DNA of 64,000 nt from an uncultured virus (IMG/VR IMGVR_UViG_3300020048_000022) (lineage: Duplodnaviria; Heunggongvirae; Uroviricota; Caudoviricetes). Below the pieces are notes generated by a model, which was given only the letters and a program-made list of their open reading frames with translations, was not told the DNA's origin and searched no databases. Position numbers and translations under genes: made by a program. The stretch lies in the IMG/VR virus record IMGVR_UViG_3300020048_000022; one strand, written 5' to 3'. This document shows positions 8,920 to 17,270 of this stretch, piece after piece (the first letter of the stretch is position 1; each line of letters opens with the position of its first letter).

Positions 8920-9666
8920 TTAAATTTCTTGACTCCCGTAAAAAAGTCTTCTAGAAAGTTCTCTTGAAACTAGATTATACGCAGAACCCCATGCTGAAAA
9001 CCCTTCGCCTTCTAAAGGTTTGACATAGTTATCATAAAGTATTTTTGTCGCTCCTTCAAATCTTTCCCAAGGATATCCTTCAGAATTTCCCTCTTTTTGC
9101 CATTGTAAGAAATCTCCTACCGATTTCAATAATTCTTCATTTCCGAATTCTGACAAAGTTAATGAAATATGTGGGGTTTCTAATTTTTTATGTTCTAGAG
9201 TCTTACCTATATGAACCCTCCCACATTCAGGACATTCGTAAGCTTCAAACCCACCGTCCGGTTGTTTCATACGAAATGTAAATAGAGGTTTTCTCCATCC
9301 TGCTTTTCCGTGGTATGTCACTTTAGGCTTGCCTGTGTCTTCTCTGACACATTTGGTATTTAAGTTCTCATTCACTATTGGTGAGACATTAGCAGAATCT
9401 CTCCAGATTGACATTACTCTCATAGCTTCATCTTCGCTTACAACAGTGATATCCTCTGGTAGGATCTGATAACTTGAATTTACGAGCCATTTACTGAATC
9501 CTCCTTTCTTTCCTAACATTGCGCCTAAGCTCAGTACTTTAATAACAGGAACAGAATCCTCGTCTCTACCGAATGTTCCAAAGTTATTCTTCATGATGTA
9601 ATCACCAACACCCAAGGGAGATACAAATGTCAGACGATCTGTTGGAGTTGAATCCGTGTAAGCCAT
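8920..9666 (-). CDS. Hypothetical protein with a CxxCxxxH motif
   Basis: YECPECGRVHIG; start set to MAYTDS because the early promoter overlaps the longer start. Confidence 0.6.
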   Translation of the reverse strand: MAYTDSTPTDRLTFVSPLGVGDYIMKNNFGTFGRDEDSVPVIKVLSLGAMLGKKGGFSKWLVNSSYQILPEDITVVSEDEAMRVMSIWRDSANVSPIVNENLNTKCVREDTGKPKVTYHGKAGWRKPLFTFRMKQPDGGFEAYECPECGRVHIGKTLEHKKLETPHISLTLSEFGNEELLKSVGDFLQWQKEGNSEGYPWERFEGATKILYDNYVKPLEGEGFSAWGSAYNLVSRELSRRLFYGSQEI

Positions 9667-9684
9667 ATTATTTATTTTATATGG

Positions 9685-9721
9685 CAAAGATAGAAATATC
9701 TAATGGATAAAAAAAATGATT
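9685..9721 (-). promoter_or_regulatory. Early-type promoter
   Basis: AATCATTTTTTT...TATCTTTG, 31-nt offset. Confidence 0.7.
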
Positions 9722-9723
9722 CC

Positions 9724-10074
9724 TTAAAGAAGTTTATTTTGTACCGGAGTATTAAGAATCTTAGCTATCACTTGTCCATGACACACTAAGGTTTTCTCAG
9801 ATCCATCTGAAGGTGATTTACAACACCAGCATCCTAGTACCTTACCTCTTAATTCTTCAAGATCTTTTATTAGACCACTCTCATTAAGATAGTGTACGTA
9901 TCCATTTAGAGCTTCCTGTCTTGTAGAAACTTGATACTTAGCTTGAGTCTTATCCAGATCCTTGTGAGTATATGGATTAGACCACTTACTTGGCCTTCCT
10001 ATATACACATCGTGGATGTGTGTTTTAAAGTGTACAACGTACGTTTTACCCTCTTCCTTATCAAAGACCTCCAT
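9724..10074 (-). CDS. DUF4326-like protein
   Basis: VVH...DVYIGRPSKWSNPY...LRGKVLGCWC...CHG. Confidence 0.8.
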   Translation of the reverse strand: MEVFDKEEGKTYVVHFKTHIHDVYIGRPSKWSNPYTHKDLDKTQAKYQVSTRQEALNGYVHYLNESGLIKDLEELRGKVLGCWCCKSPSDGSEKTLVCHGQVIAKILNTPVQNKLL

Positions 10075-10342
10075 GTCCAGGAATATCTGATTTAAAGTCA
10101 AAAGAACCATCTCTATGTAATGCTTGACAATACTTGCGAATCATTACAATAGATGTAAATACCTCAGTATCATTCATTGCATTAGATTCAGTTACACCTC
10201 TAACAAAAAGATCATAAGCTAAATACTTACAGATCTCTGGGAGGCTTTTCATTTTCATCAATTCCTCGTAGGGTCTGTCTTCTCTAATATAGACAGCAAC
10301 TTTAATAATTGATTCTTTTAATTGCTTTTGTGTGATATCCAT
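10061..10342 (-). CDS. Hypothetical protein
   Basis: 93 aa, directly after an early promoter. Confidence 0.6.
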   Translation of the reverse strand: MDITQKQLKESIIKVAVYIREDRPYEELMKMKSLPEICKYLAYDLFVRGVTESNAMNDTEVFTSIVMIRKYCQALHRDGSFDFKSDIPGHGGL

Positions 10343-10346
10343 GATG

Positions 10347-10390
10347 TAAAAATAAGAATAAATCCCGAATCAAAAAAAATGATTCGGGAT
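10347..10390 (-). promoter_or_regulatory. Early-type promoter overlapping a hairpin 3' of tmRNA
   Basis: AATCATTTTTTT...TATTTTTA; inverted repeat atcccgaatca/tgattcgggat. Confidence 0.55.
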
Positions 10391-10398
10391 ATTGAGTG

Positions 10399-10889
10399 TG
10401 GACCCGGAGGGAGTCGAACCCTCGTCCAGATCGGATGCTCAAGAAACTCATTCACAGGCTTATTCCGTTATTCGACACGGACAAACTTTGTTGCATTTCT
10501 TTTTCTTTGCTGACTTAATGCTCGGTCAAGTTTACTCTTCGGTATGAGTCGAATTTCACAGAACAATTAACAGCGCTCCTTGGATTTCTCTGTGGACTGT
10601 CGCTTTCGCTCAGGGTTACTGATTTGCTCTCGATGGTACTATTAACCCTTTTTCCCGGTTTTGAATCTTTCTGTTCCTAGGCCGATCCGGCCCGACGGTT
10701 AAGCTGCTAATAGCATCTCAGCCTCTTCTGCTACCGCTACGCGAGTAATAGAAGTTGGGATACTCATCATATCCTCTGTGTTATAAACGTTTGCATTTAT
10801 TGCTTGATAGGTGATTAAGGATTTCCAATCTAACCCTGCCTGCATCATTTCAAAGAACTACCTCCGCCTGTCAAATCCAGAGCGGGCCC
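10399..10889 (-). ncRNA. ssrA: tmRNA
   Basis: 5' GGGCCCGCTCTGGATTTGAC; 3' GGTTCGACTCCCTCCGGGTCCA; G3:U70 alanine identity pair; tag frame 10794-10699 reads ANVYNTEDMMSIPTSITRVAVAEEAEMLLAA*. Confidence 0.93.
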
Positions 10890-10920
10890 ATTATTATTAT
10901 ATATATTAATTATAAACAAT

Positions 10921-11181
10921 TTAATCTACGTCGTGAATTTTTTCTTCAATAACATTATCACCAAATGATTTTCTATTTCTTTTGTGATTGTCAATTTGAA
11001 GTTGTGCTTCTTCAATGTATTTATATCCAATTCCTAATATTTTTTTATGTTGTTCAGAAATAGAAAACCAACCATCGTGGTTTATTCTTGCAAGTTTTTT
11101 GTACTCTTCGTTGTAATGTTCAGGAAAAAATTCACTTCTTCCATCATCAAACTTTTGTTCTTTAATTCTATAATTTTTCAT
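10921..11181 (-). CDS. Hypothetical protein
   Basis: 86 aa, downstream of attC-like site 1. Confidence 0.6.
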   Translation of the reverse strand: MKNYRIKEQKFDDGRSEFFPEHYNEEYKKLARINHDGWFSISEQHKKILGIGYKYIEEAQLQIDNHKRNRKSFGDNVIEEKIHDVD

Positions 11182-11214
11182 TTTATTTTTAAGTTAATAA
11201 TCCGATTAAACTGT

Positions 11215-11268
11215 TTATAACAAAGTATAAAAAACATTAAAACGATTTTTTACACTCAGCCGTTATAA
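11215..11268 (-). repeat. attC-like palindromic site 1 (54 bp)
   Basis: TTATAAC...GTTATAA ends with an internal imperfect inverted repeat. Confidence 0.7.
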
Positions 11269-11284
11269 GTAATAAAAACTAAAA

Positions 11285-11509
11285 TTAAACTAACTCAACT
11301 TTATACAGTGTTCTATCATTGAAGTTTTCTTTTGAAAAACCTTTTATCACATCATTATTTTTGTGTGAAATTGTTTCAATGTCATCTATATTGTTTTTGA
11401 TGTCATTTAGTGTTTTCCCCAACCTACTCCAGTAAATTTGTTCACACAAAAATATACCAGTCCATTGTAGGTTTTTCAAAATAAAATCTGTTAATTTAGT
11501 TCGTTTCAT
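11285..11509 (-). CDS. Hypothetical cassette-like protein
   Basis: Stop codon 16 nt before site 1. Confidence 0.55.
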   Translation of the reverse strand: MKRTKLTDFILKNLQWTGIFLCEQIYWSRLGKTLNDIKNNIDDIETISHKNNDVIKGFSKENFNDRTLYKVELV

Positions 11510-11526
11510 TTGTTTAATTTTTAAAA

Positions 11527-11742
11527 TTATTTACCATATCTACTATTAACAAAAACTCTATTAGCACCTATTGTAAGTGATAGTTGATTTTGTTCTTTCA
11601 TGAGTGTCTCAAATTGATTTTCTATTCTTAACCTATCTGAATTACTTTTTAACATATTAACCAATTTTTCCAACTCTATATCTCTTTTTGAAGTGAGAAA
11701 ATCAATTTGTTCCTTGTAATTTAATTCTAGTCTTTGTTCCAT
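11527..11742 (-). CDS. Hypothetical coiled-coil protein
   Basis: 71 aa, between sites 2 and 1. Confidence 0.55.
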   Translation of the reverse strand: MEQRLELNYKEQIDFLTSKRDIELEKLVNMLKSNSDRLRIENQFETLMKEQNQLSLTIGANRVFVNSRYGK

Positions 11743-11794
11743 TTGTATAATTTTTTATATTTATTTTTTATTAAAGTTTCAGAGTGATAACTAC

Positions 11795-11848
11795 ACATAA
11801 CAAATGATAAACAACATTAAAACGATTGTTTATCATCGGACGTTAGGT
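11795..11848 (-). repeat. attC-like palindromic site 2 (54 bp)
   Basis: Minus strand ACCTAAC-gtccg-ATGATAAACAA-loop-TTGTTTATCAT-tt-GTTATGT. Confidence 0.75.
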
Positions 11849-11857
11849 TCAATTAAA

Positions 11858-12052
11858 TTATTGTTTTGAGTTTTTTATTGGTATGGTAAATCTAACCGCA
11901 CCAGTTATTTCACTCAATTCTCTATCGTTTATTGACATCATACTATCATCACTACTCTTTCCATATTTACGTTCTTTGGTTTCGTGAAATAACTTCTGTT
12001 TTTCATCAGTCCACTCTTTTTTCCAATCTTCAATGTTTTTGTAAATTTTCAT
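11858..12052 (-). CDS. Hypothetical protein forming a single-gene cassette between sites 3 and 2
   Basis: Stop codon 9 nt before the RYYYAAC of site 2. Confidence 0.6.
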   Translation of the reverse strand: MKIYKNIEDWKKEWTDEKQKLFHETKERKYGKSSDDSMMSINDRELSEITGAVRFTIPIKNSKQ

Positions 12053-12092
12053 ATCTATATTTTTTTTATTTGTAAAACAATAATTTAACTAA

Positions 12093-12146
12093 ACCTAACA
12101 AATGATAAACAACATTAAAACGATTGTTTATCATTGGACGTTATGT
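12093..12146 (-). repeat. attC-like palindromic site 3 (54 bp)
   Basis: Minus strand ACATAAC...GTTAGGT; core differs from site 2 at one base. Confidence 0.75.
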
Positions 12147-12161
12147 GTAATAAAATAAAAA

Positions 12162-12374
12162 TCAAGTTGTGTATTCTTTATTGAGTGAATCCAACAACTC
12201 GTCATAACAACCATCGTAGTAATCCCCACGTTCCTTAATCTCATCTTCTATTGTCTGTATCAGTAGTATTCTAACAATACCTACCTTACTACAATCACCT
12301 TTATCCCAACACACCCAGTTTGAACGAGTTGTTAGATTTTCCATATTCAAAAGTTCTTCTATCCTATCAATCAT
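12162..12374 (-). CDS. Hypothetical protein
   Basis: Stop codon 15 nt before site 3. Confidence 0.55.
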   Translation of the reverse strand: MIDRIEELLNMENLTTRSNWVCWDKGDCSKVGIVRILLIQTIEDEIKERGDYYDGCYDELLDSLNKEYTT

Positions 12375-12387
12375 ATTCGTATTTTTT

Positions 12388-12603
12388 TTAAATTAAATAA
12401 TCTCCTTCAAGATAGTCGTTAAAAAATAGAAGAGCTTTATACGAAGAAAGCCCAGATTCCATACATCTTCTGAAGTAATCTAAATTAAATTCTATCTGTT
12501 CATTAGTATAAAGATAAGTACCATAATTGTATTTATAATCTTCAGTAGCATTACAATCCAATTGTTCTTTAGCTCCTTCTATGTATTTTTCGAAATCTTT
12601 CAT
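12388..12603 (-). CDS. Hypothetical protein
   Basis: 71 aa, ATGA overlap. Confidence 0.55.
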   Translation of the reverse strand: MKDFEKYIEGAKEQLDCNATEDYKYNYGTYLYTNEQIEFNLDYFRRCMESGLSSYKALLFFNDYLEGDYLI

Positions 12604-13004
12604 TTTTTTCTCGAGACTGCAAATTCAATTCTTCTTTGTACCTCATTATAATGATTTAAGAATTCTTCCGCTCCAATCTCATCCCATTTTTCTTCTTCTT
12701 CCCATTTTTCTGGGTAGAAATGATGGTAAGATTCGATCTCAAAGTATTCGTCCATATTAGGTACCCAGTAGCTAACAAGAATACACATAGGATTACAAGA
12801 TTCAGTATTCGTATTATGAACAAATACACATCTAATATATTCAGGGGTCCTTTCATTATTTTCTATGAAATATCTTCCCTCATATTTTTTAGCTTTAGCA
12901 AATCTATCTTCCTGATCTAAATCATCTAATTGCTTTCTTAGAGTTTTTTCTTGCTCTCTTATATCAATTAATTTGCTAACTAAATCGTCTCTTTCTGCAC
13001 TCAT
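12600..13004 (-). CDS. Hypothetical protein
   Basis: 134 aa in a packed array. Confidence 0.6.
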   Translation of the reverse strand: MSAERDDLVSKLIDIREQEKTLRKQLDDLDQEDRFAKAKKYEGRYFIENNERTPEYIRCVFVHNTNTESCNPMCILVSYWVPNMDEYFEIESYHHFYPEKWEEEEKWDEIGAEEFLNHYNEVQRRIEFAVSRKK

Positions 13005-13005
13005 A

Positions 13006-13452
13006 TTACGACTTTGTTTCTTTTCTAATTAAATCAACGGAAATTAGTTGATAATCATCACCTACAACTCCATTAGCATCCACACTTCCAATTCCTCTAG
13101 GGCTAGGTACTAAGTCATCAATGAATTGTTTTGCCAATTTACCATATTCAGTATTTAAGATTTTATATTTTACAAACACAGTATCATAATTATATGTTCC
13201 TTGTTTTTTCATTTTCTTTTTCTTCTTGCGAGGAACTTTAGGAAACTTAACATAAGTATCAGTAACAATATGAGAAGCCTTTGTTAGAGAAACAACTGTG
13301 CTAGAAGGGTGATCCAATTCACCAAAAGCTGAACCATTTTTTATCTGTTCTTTATATCGTTCTAATTCTCTCATAAAAATATGAGCAGGATATATTCGAC
13401 CATTTTTATTTACTACGTCTGTTTGTAGTAATATTCCTTTATTTGATTTCAT
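13006..13452 (-). CDS. T4 gp21-like prohead protease homolog (short copy)
   Basis: NKNGRIYP...AFGELDHP...SH...ILNTEYG...SPRGIGSV...DYQLISVDLI. Confidence 0.8.
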   Translation of the reverse strand: MKSNKGILLQTDVVNKNGRIYPAHIFMRELERYKEQIKNGSAFGELDHPSSTVVSLTKASHIVTDTYVKFPKVPRKKKKKMKKQGTYNYDTVFVKYKILNTEYGKLAKQFIDDLVPSPRGIGSVDANGVVGDDYQLISVDLIRKETKS

Positions 13453-13464
13453 CTTCTGATCGAA

Positions 13465-13686
13465 TTATTGTTTTGAGCTTAATATATTTTTCTTAACCCA
13501 TTCAGAAGAAAAATATGGTTGTCCTTCTTCATTTATAACACTATTCAAATCTTCAACAAGTTCCTCCCCTTGTGTTATTTGTTTTAATTTTTCTTCTTCA
13601 TTAAATTTTCTATATTCTCTGTCAAACCCAATACGTTCTTTCATATCGAGATTTTTATACATTTCTAATAATCCTTTCATTTTCAT
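13465..13686 (-). CDS. Small protein ending in a portal (gp20)-like segment
   Basis: EGQPYFSSEWVKKNIL resembles a C-terminal segment of T4-like portal proteins. Confidence 0.4.
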   Translation of the reverse strand: MKMKGLLEMYKNLDMKERIGFDREYRKFNEEEKLKQITQGEELVEDLNSVINEEGQPYFSSEWVKKNILSSKQ

Positions 13687-13688
13687 AT

Positions 13689-14534
13689 TTATTTTTCTAG
13701 ATTAGGCATTAACTCTTTAAGATAATATTTGTCCTTTGAAAAAATGGGAGTATCTGGATCAGCTTCCCAAACATTACGAGTATAGATTGCAGATTCAGGA
13801 ATTGCAATTGTTTTTTCTGATACTGTCCAATCTGTATCTCTTCGAACAAATTGTTGCTCGACTTTACGAATAAGAGTGCCTCTTTTTTCTCTTGGAGAGA
13901 AATCGTTCCAATTGATACCTTTCTCTAACATTAACATGTCTTGCATATCATTAGTTTTCTTTCCGTTTAATTCCTTAGAAGAAAAGTTAGCTTGTGCAAC
14001 AGAAGAGATAGAGTTTCTTGTGGCATCTTGTTGTCTCCAGATGAAGTAATTGAATACTTCCTCGTGGTAAGGAATTTGAAATACTCGAGCATCAAACATT
14101 GCAAGTTTGAAGTCTTCAATGTCATCCTTGTAGATTGGAGCATCTTCTTTAATAACATCATCAAAACAAGCTCTTGCCATTCTCAATTGGTTAAACTTTG
14201 CAGTTGCCAATGAAGCAGCAATACTTGACATCTTCTGTAGGTTACCATCGAACCAAGCGTGTGTTGAAATATCATCGTAATCAGTGATGAGAATTGATAT
14301 CTCATCTGATTGAACGTATCCAAATTTTGCTCCTTGAATATTCTGACATAAGTACTCAGTTGTCTTGTTCATGTCTTCCATAAGACCTAAATCAAATGGA
14401 CGTTCAAGACCTTTTGTATAAGTATGGAATGCTTTTCCGTCGATACGGATAATTGTGTTGGTGCGACGTGCCAACTTGTAACGTGTTCGGTCCTCGTAGA
14501 AGTCCTTCATTCTGTCGCCTAGTTCATCTTTCAT
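13689..14534 (-). CDS. thg1: tRNA(His) guanylyltransferase, Thg1 family
   Basis: LGDRMK.YE...IIRIDGKAFHTYT...GYVQSDEISI...FDARVF...YFIWRQQDATRNS. Confidence 0.95.
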   Translation of the reverse strand: MKDELGDRMKDFYEDRTRYKLARRTNTIIRIDGKAFHTYTKGLERPFDLGLMEDMNKTTEYLCQNIQGAKFGYVQSDEISILITDYDDISTHAWFDGNLQKMSSIAASLATAKFNQLRMARACFDDVIKEDAPIYKDDIEDFKLAMFDARVFQIPYHEEVFNYFIWRQQDATRNSISSVAQANFSSKELNGKKTNDMQDMLMLEKGINWNDFSPREKRGTLIRKVEQQFVRRDTDWTVSEKTIAIPESAIYTRNVWEADPDTPIFSKDKYYLKELMPNLEK

Positions 14535-14815
14535 TATTCTGGTTTTATTTCAAAAGTTTTCATTCTCTCCGGGTATAGACCTGCAAAAGCAAAGGGTGTA
14601 TAGATGTGTTCGGATAGTCCAAACTTAGGTCTTCCCATTCCGGCTACTCTCATTTCAATAAGAGCAATTACTCTAATCATTTCTGAATCTTTAATGTCCC
14701 ATTCAAATACAATATCCTGAGCCAATTCAATTCCTGCTTTTTCGTAATCCGACCAAACAGATGGAATCTTATCCTCAATATTTGAATACTTTTCTAAAAT
14801 TTCTTTTGTGATCAT
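14534..14815 (-). CDS. Hypothetical protein
   Basis: Probable start MITKEIL; packed array. Confidence 0.5.
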   Translation of the reverse strand: MITKEILEKYSNIEDKIPSVWSDYEKAGIELAQDIVFEWDIKDSEMIRVIALIEMRVAGMGRPKFGLSEHIYTPFAFAGLYPERMKTFEIKPE

Positions 14816-15042
14816 TATGGTAAGTTTACTATTTTTAAATTCTCGGAAAGCCATTCATACATATTGTCTCTGAAAACACTATCAGAAGTTCCCCACTGAG
14901 TTGCAATTCCTTTAATACGATCTGGTAATTCTTCCCATACTCTTTGAATCTCTTCGTTAGTTGGCTTACGTCCAATAACCCCCAATATCACATCGTGAAT
15001 CGGATATAAATCCTCTTGTTCTAATTGAATGTATACTTTCAT
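14815..15042 (-). CDS. Hypothetical protein
   Basis: 75 aa, ATGA overlap. Confidence 0.55.
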   Translation of the reverse strand: MKVYIQLEQEDLYPIHDVILGVIGRKPTNEEIQRVWEELPDRIKGIATQWGTSDSVFRDNMYEWLSENLKIVNLP

Positions 15043-15230
15043 ATTTCTTCGTAATATCCTTTTAATAAATGCGTCTTTCCTGATTTTGTGAATCTTCCAT
15101 AGAATATAACACCATCATCATTCTTACCCGCTTCTTCAACCTCTTTAAAATCCGATGTGTTGTATATGGTTGGTTCCCATCCAAAATCAGTTACCCAATA
15201 ATGAGTGAATACTATTTCTTTAGTTTTCAT
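15039..15230 (-). CDS. Hypothetical protein
   Basis: 63 aa in a packed array. Confidence 0.5.
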   Translation of the reverse strand: MKTKEIVFTHYWVTDFGWEPTIYNTSDFKEVEEAGKNDDGVIFYGRFTKSGKTHLLKGYYEEI

Positions 15231-15447
15231 TAGGAAGATCTATCTCAGCCCAAAAATCAATATCGATTGTTTTTCTGAGGGTGAAAATATCAGCAAACTC
15301 AAATCCTACATTTGCTTTATGAAAAATAGGTCCATTTTCATCTATCCTATCTAATCTAACAAGTTCTATCTCATTAGGTAATTTTACACCGAGTACTATT
15401 TTTTTAAACTCAGGAGTCTTTTCGCTTACTTTGTTCCAATTAATCAT
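15220..15447 (-). CDS. DUF551-like small phage protein
   Basis: INWNKVSEKTPE...VL...FWAEIDLP. Confidence 0.55.
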   Translation of the reverse strand: MINWNKVSEKTPEFKKIVLGVKLPNEIELVRLDRIDENGPIFHKANVGFEFADIFTLRKTIDIDFWAEIDLPNEN

Positions 15448-15453
15448 ATTGTT

Positions 15454-15966
15454 TTATTTTAGTTTTAATCCCATTTTTTTCATTTCCAATAATGCTTCTG
15501 CATTACCTTTAGCATCATCTACTGGATGATGTGTGTGTTTAGTTACTCTTAGTTGTTTCCAACTTGCTCTTAGATCATTCTTAAATCCACAATAGATATC
15601 TCCGATTCTTCTAGAAGACCATCCGAAAGGATTTCTTCCAAGATATCGATGAAAGTACCAATTGATCCAAGGAGCATCGTACCCGTTATTATCAGAGATT
15701 AATATTGGCTTACCTTTAATATTCTCTGAGATCCATTTATCAAAAGCTTCCATAACTTCTTTAGGATCATCAAATCCTTCATGCTCTTCACGACTAAATC
15801 CGCTTATAGCTAAAGCTTCTGGATTGTATTCGCTAGATACTGGTTTTAATTTACCATAGAAAGTTCTTTCTAAACCATCTTCAACAATGACAGCTCCAAA
15901 GCAAACCATTGAGTTTATTCCTTGAAGAGGCCCGTCAGATTCTACGTCTACTACAATATAGTTCAT
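15454..15966 (-). CDS. DEDDh 3'-5' exo(ribo)nuclease
   Basis: IVVDVESDG...DNNGYD...THHPVDDA; start at MNYIVV. Confidence 0.85.
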   Translation of the reverse strand: MNYIVVDVESDGPLQGINSMVCFGAVIVEDGLERTFYGKLKPVSSEYNPEALAISGFSREEHEGFDDPKEVMEAFDKWISENIKGKPILISDNNGYDAPWINWYFHRYLGRNPFGWSSRRIGDIYCGFKNDLRASWKQLRVTKHTHHPVDDAKGNAEALLEMKKMGLKLK

Positions 15967-15970
15967 ATTT

Positions 15971-16210
15971 TTATTTTTCTTTATTTCTTTCTTTATATTT
16001 CTCCTCGAAATACATTTGCCATTCCTGTTTATGCTTGTGGTGTATTTCCACTGCGTCAGTAATTGTAAATTCACCCTTAACTTTATCAAGTCTTTCTAAA
16101 ACACGAAGAATCAAATCAGTTTGTGTGTAACCTACTCCGAGTTCACACATATTTAAAGCCATTCTTAAATATTCTACTTCTTCTTTTCTATCTCTAATTT
16201 CTACTTCCAT
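15971..16210 (-). CDS. Hypothetical protein
   Basis: 79 aa in the array. Confidence 0.55.
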   Translation of the reverse strand: MEVEIRDRKEEVEYLRMALNMCELGVGYTQTDLILRVLERLDKVKGEFTITDAVEIHHKHKQEWQMYFEEKYKERNKEK

Positions 16211-16221
16211 ATTTTTATTTT

Positions 16222-16446
16222 TTATAAATCATCAGATGTGTGCCATCTCATTCCGTTAAAATTTATATCTGAATCAAAATCACTCTCATTACGATTTGAA
16301 TCGCCAGATCTTTGTGTCCTCTCATAGGTCACTTTAAAATCAGATTTTCTTTGCTCGTACTCTCTGAGATCAGATACGCTTCCACCCACTCTATTTGCAA
16401 AGTCCTTTGCATTTTTTTCTGAGGTGAATCTCTTAGTTAATTTCAT
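16222..16446 (-). CDS. Hypothetical protein
   Basis: 74 aa in the array. Confidence 0.55.
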   Translation of the reverse strand: MKLTKRFTSEKNAKDFANRVGGSVSDLREYEQRKSDFKVTYERTQRSGDSNRNESDFDSDINFNGMRWHTSDDL

Positions 16447-16618
16447 TCTTATCTAGTTCTCTTTCCCAAATTCTAATAATATCTTCTATGGTAAATTCGA
16501 AAGTGGATTTTACACCACTACAGCAATAGAACATTCTATTTTGTTGATCCTCTAATGGTAAAGAATTCCACCACTTAATAGCTTCGTGATCCTCCCACCA
16601 TTCTTTAGACTCTTCCAT
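16433..16618 (-). CDS. Hypothetical protein
   Basis: 61 aa; AIKWWNSL...IIRIW. Confidence 0.55.
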   Translation of the reverse strand: MEESKEWWEDHEAIKWWNSLPLEDQQNRMFYCCSGVKSTFEFTIEDIIRIWERELDKNEIN

Positions 16619-16847
16619 ACTTGTCTCTGAGTTGTTCGTCAGTTAAAGGATTATATCTTTTGTGCCATTTGATTAGGAATTTTTCTCCGTTAGGAACTAA
16701 ATCACTAATATGCCATTCTCTAATCACATCAGTTTTGTACATACTTTCCATAGCTATAATTACCGTGGATCTGTATTGTTCAGTCCAAAAGCCTAATGCT
16801 TCCATACTGTCTTTATGTAAATCTAAAAATGTTCTTTCTTCTTCCAT
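16605..16847 (-). CDS. Hypothetical protein
   Basis: 80 aa in the array. Confidence 0.55.
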   Translation of the reverse strand: MEEERTFLDLHKDSMEALGFWTEQYRSTVIIAMESMYKTDVIREWHISDLVPNGEKFLIKWHKRYNPLTDEQLRDKYGRV

Positions 16848-16850
16848 TCA

Positions 16851-17270
16851 TTATAATTTAATTTCGAATCGCTGTTTCATTTTTTCGATAATCTCTTCGG
16901 GTACATTATGAATGTTTTTACCTCCGTGTCTATTTTCGACAACTAATGTAAACACAGTGTATCCATATTTTTTTGCTAATTCCATATAGTGTTCCATTTC
17001 CCATTCTTGCGTGAATGTGTTTGAAACTGCAATCTCTCTGTAGAATTGATCATTAACTAAAGAATCCTTCATATAAGTTTCCACAAGATCCTGACAGAAT
17101 TTATGTGCTTCTTTAATCTTAGAGAAATCAAATTTATATTCTCCGGTCTCTTTATCAACAAAATATTTGTCTGCTTCGCAAACTAAAAAATCATGCCCTA
17201 CTAATTTCTCTGCTAAAGTGGATTTACCTGATCCTGGTATTCCTCTAACTATATAAAGTATTTTTTCCAT
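16851..17270 (-). CDS. P-loop kinase (polynucleotide kinase-like, AAA_33)
   Basis: IVRGIPGSGKST...EAD.YF...AH..CQ...VSNTFT...HNVP. Confidence 0.85.
   Translation of the reverse strand: MEKILYIVRGIPGSGKSTLAEKLVGHDFLVCEADKYFVDKETGEYKFDFSKIKEAHKFCQDLVETYMKDSLVNDQFYREIAVSNTFTQEWEMEHYMELAKKYGYTVFTLVVENRHGGKNIHNVPEEIIEKMKQRFEIKL

Noticed and set aside
10399..10430. Standalone tRNA gene
   Set aside because: The T-arm and acceptor pair with a 5' end about 490 nt away, with a tag ORF between them; this is tmRNA
10322..10513. 63-aa plus-strand ORF
   Set aside because: Antisense to the tmRNA 3' end and a promoter
11215..12146. CRISPR array
   Set aside because: Repeats are 54 bp, and the intervening segments are 526 and 244 bp and contain whole ORFs; no cas genes seen
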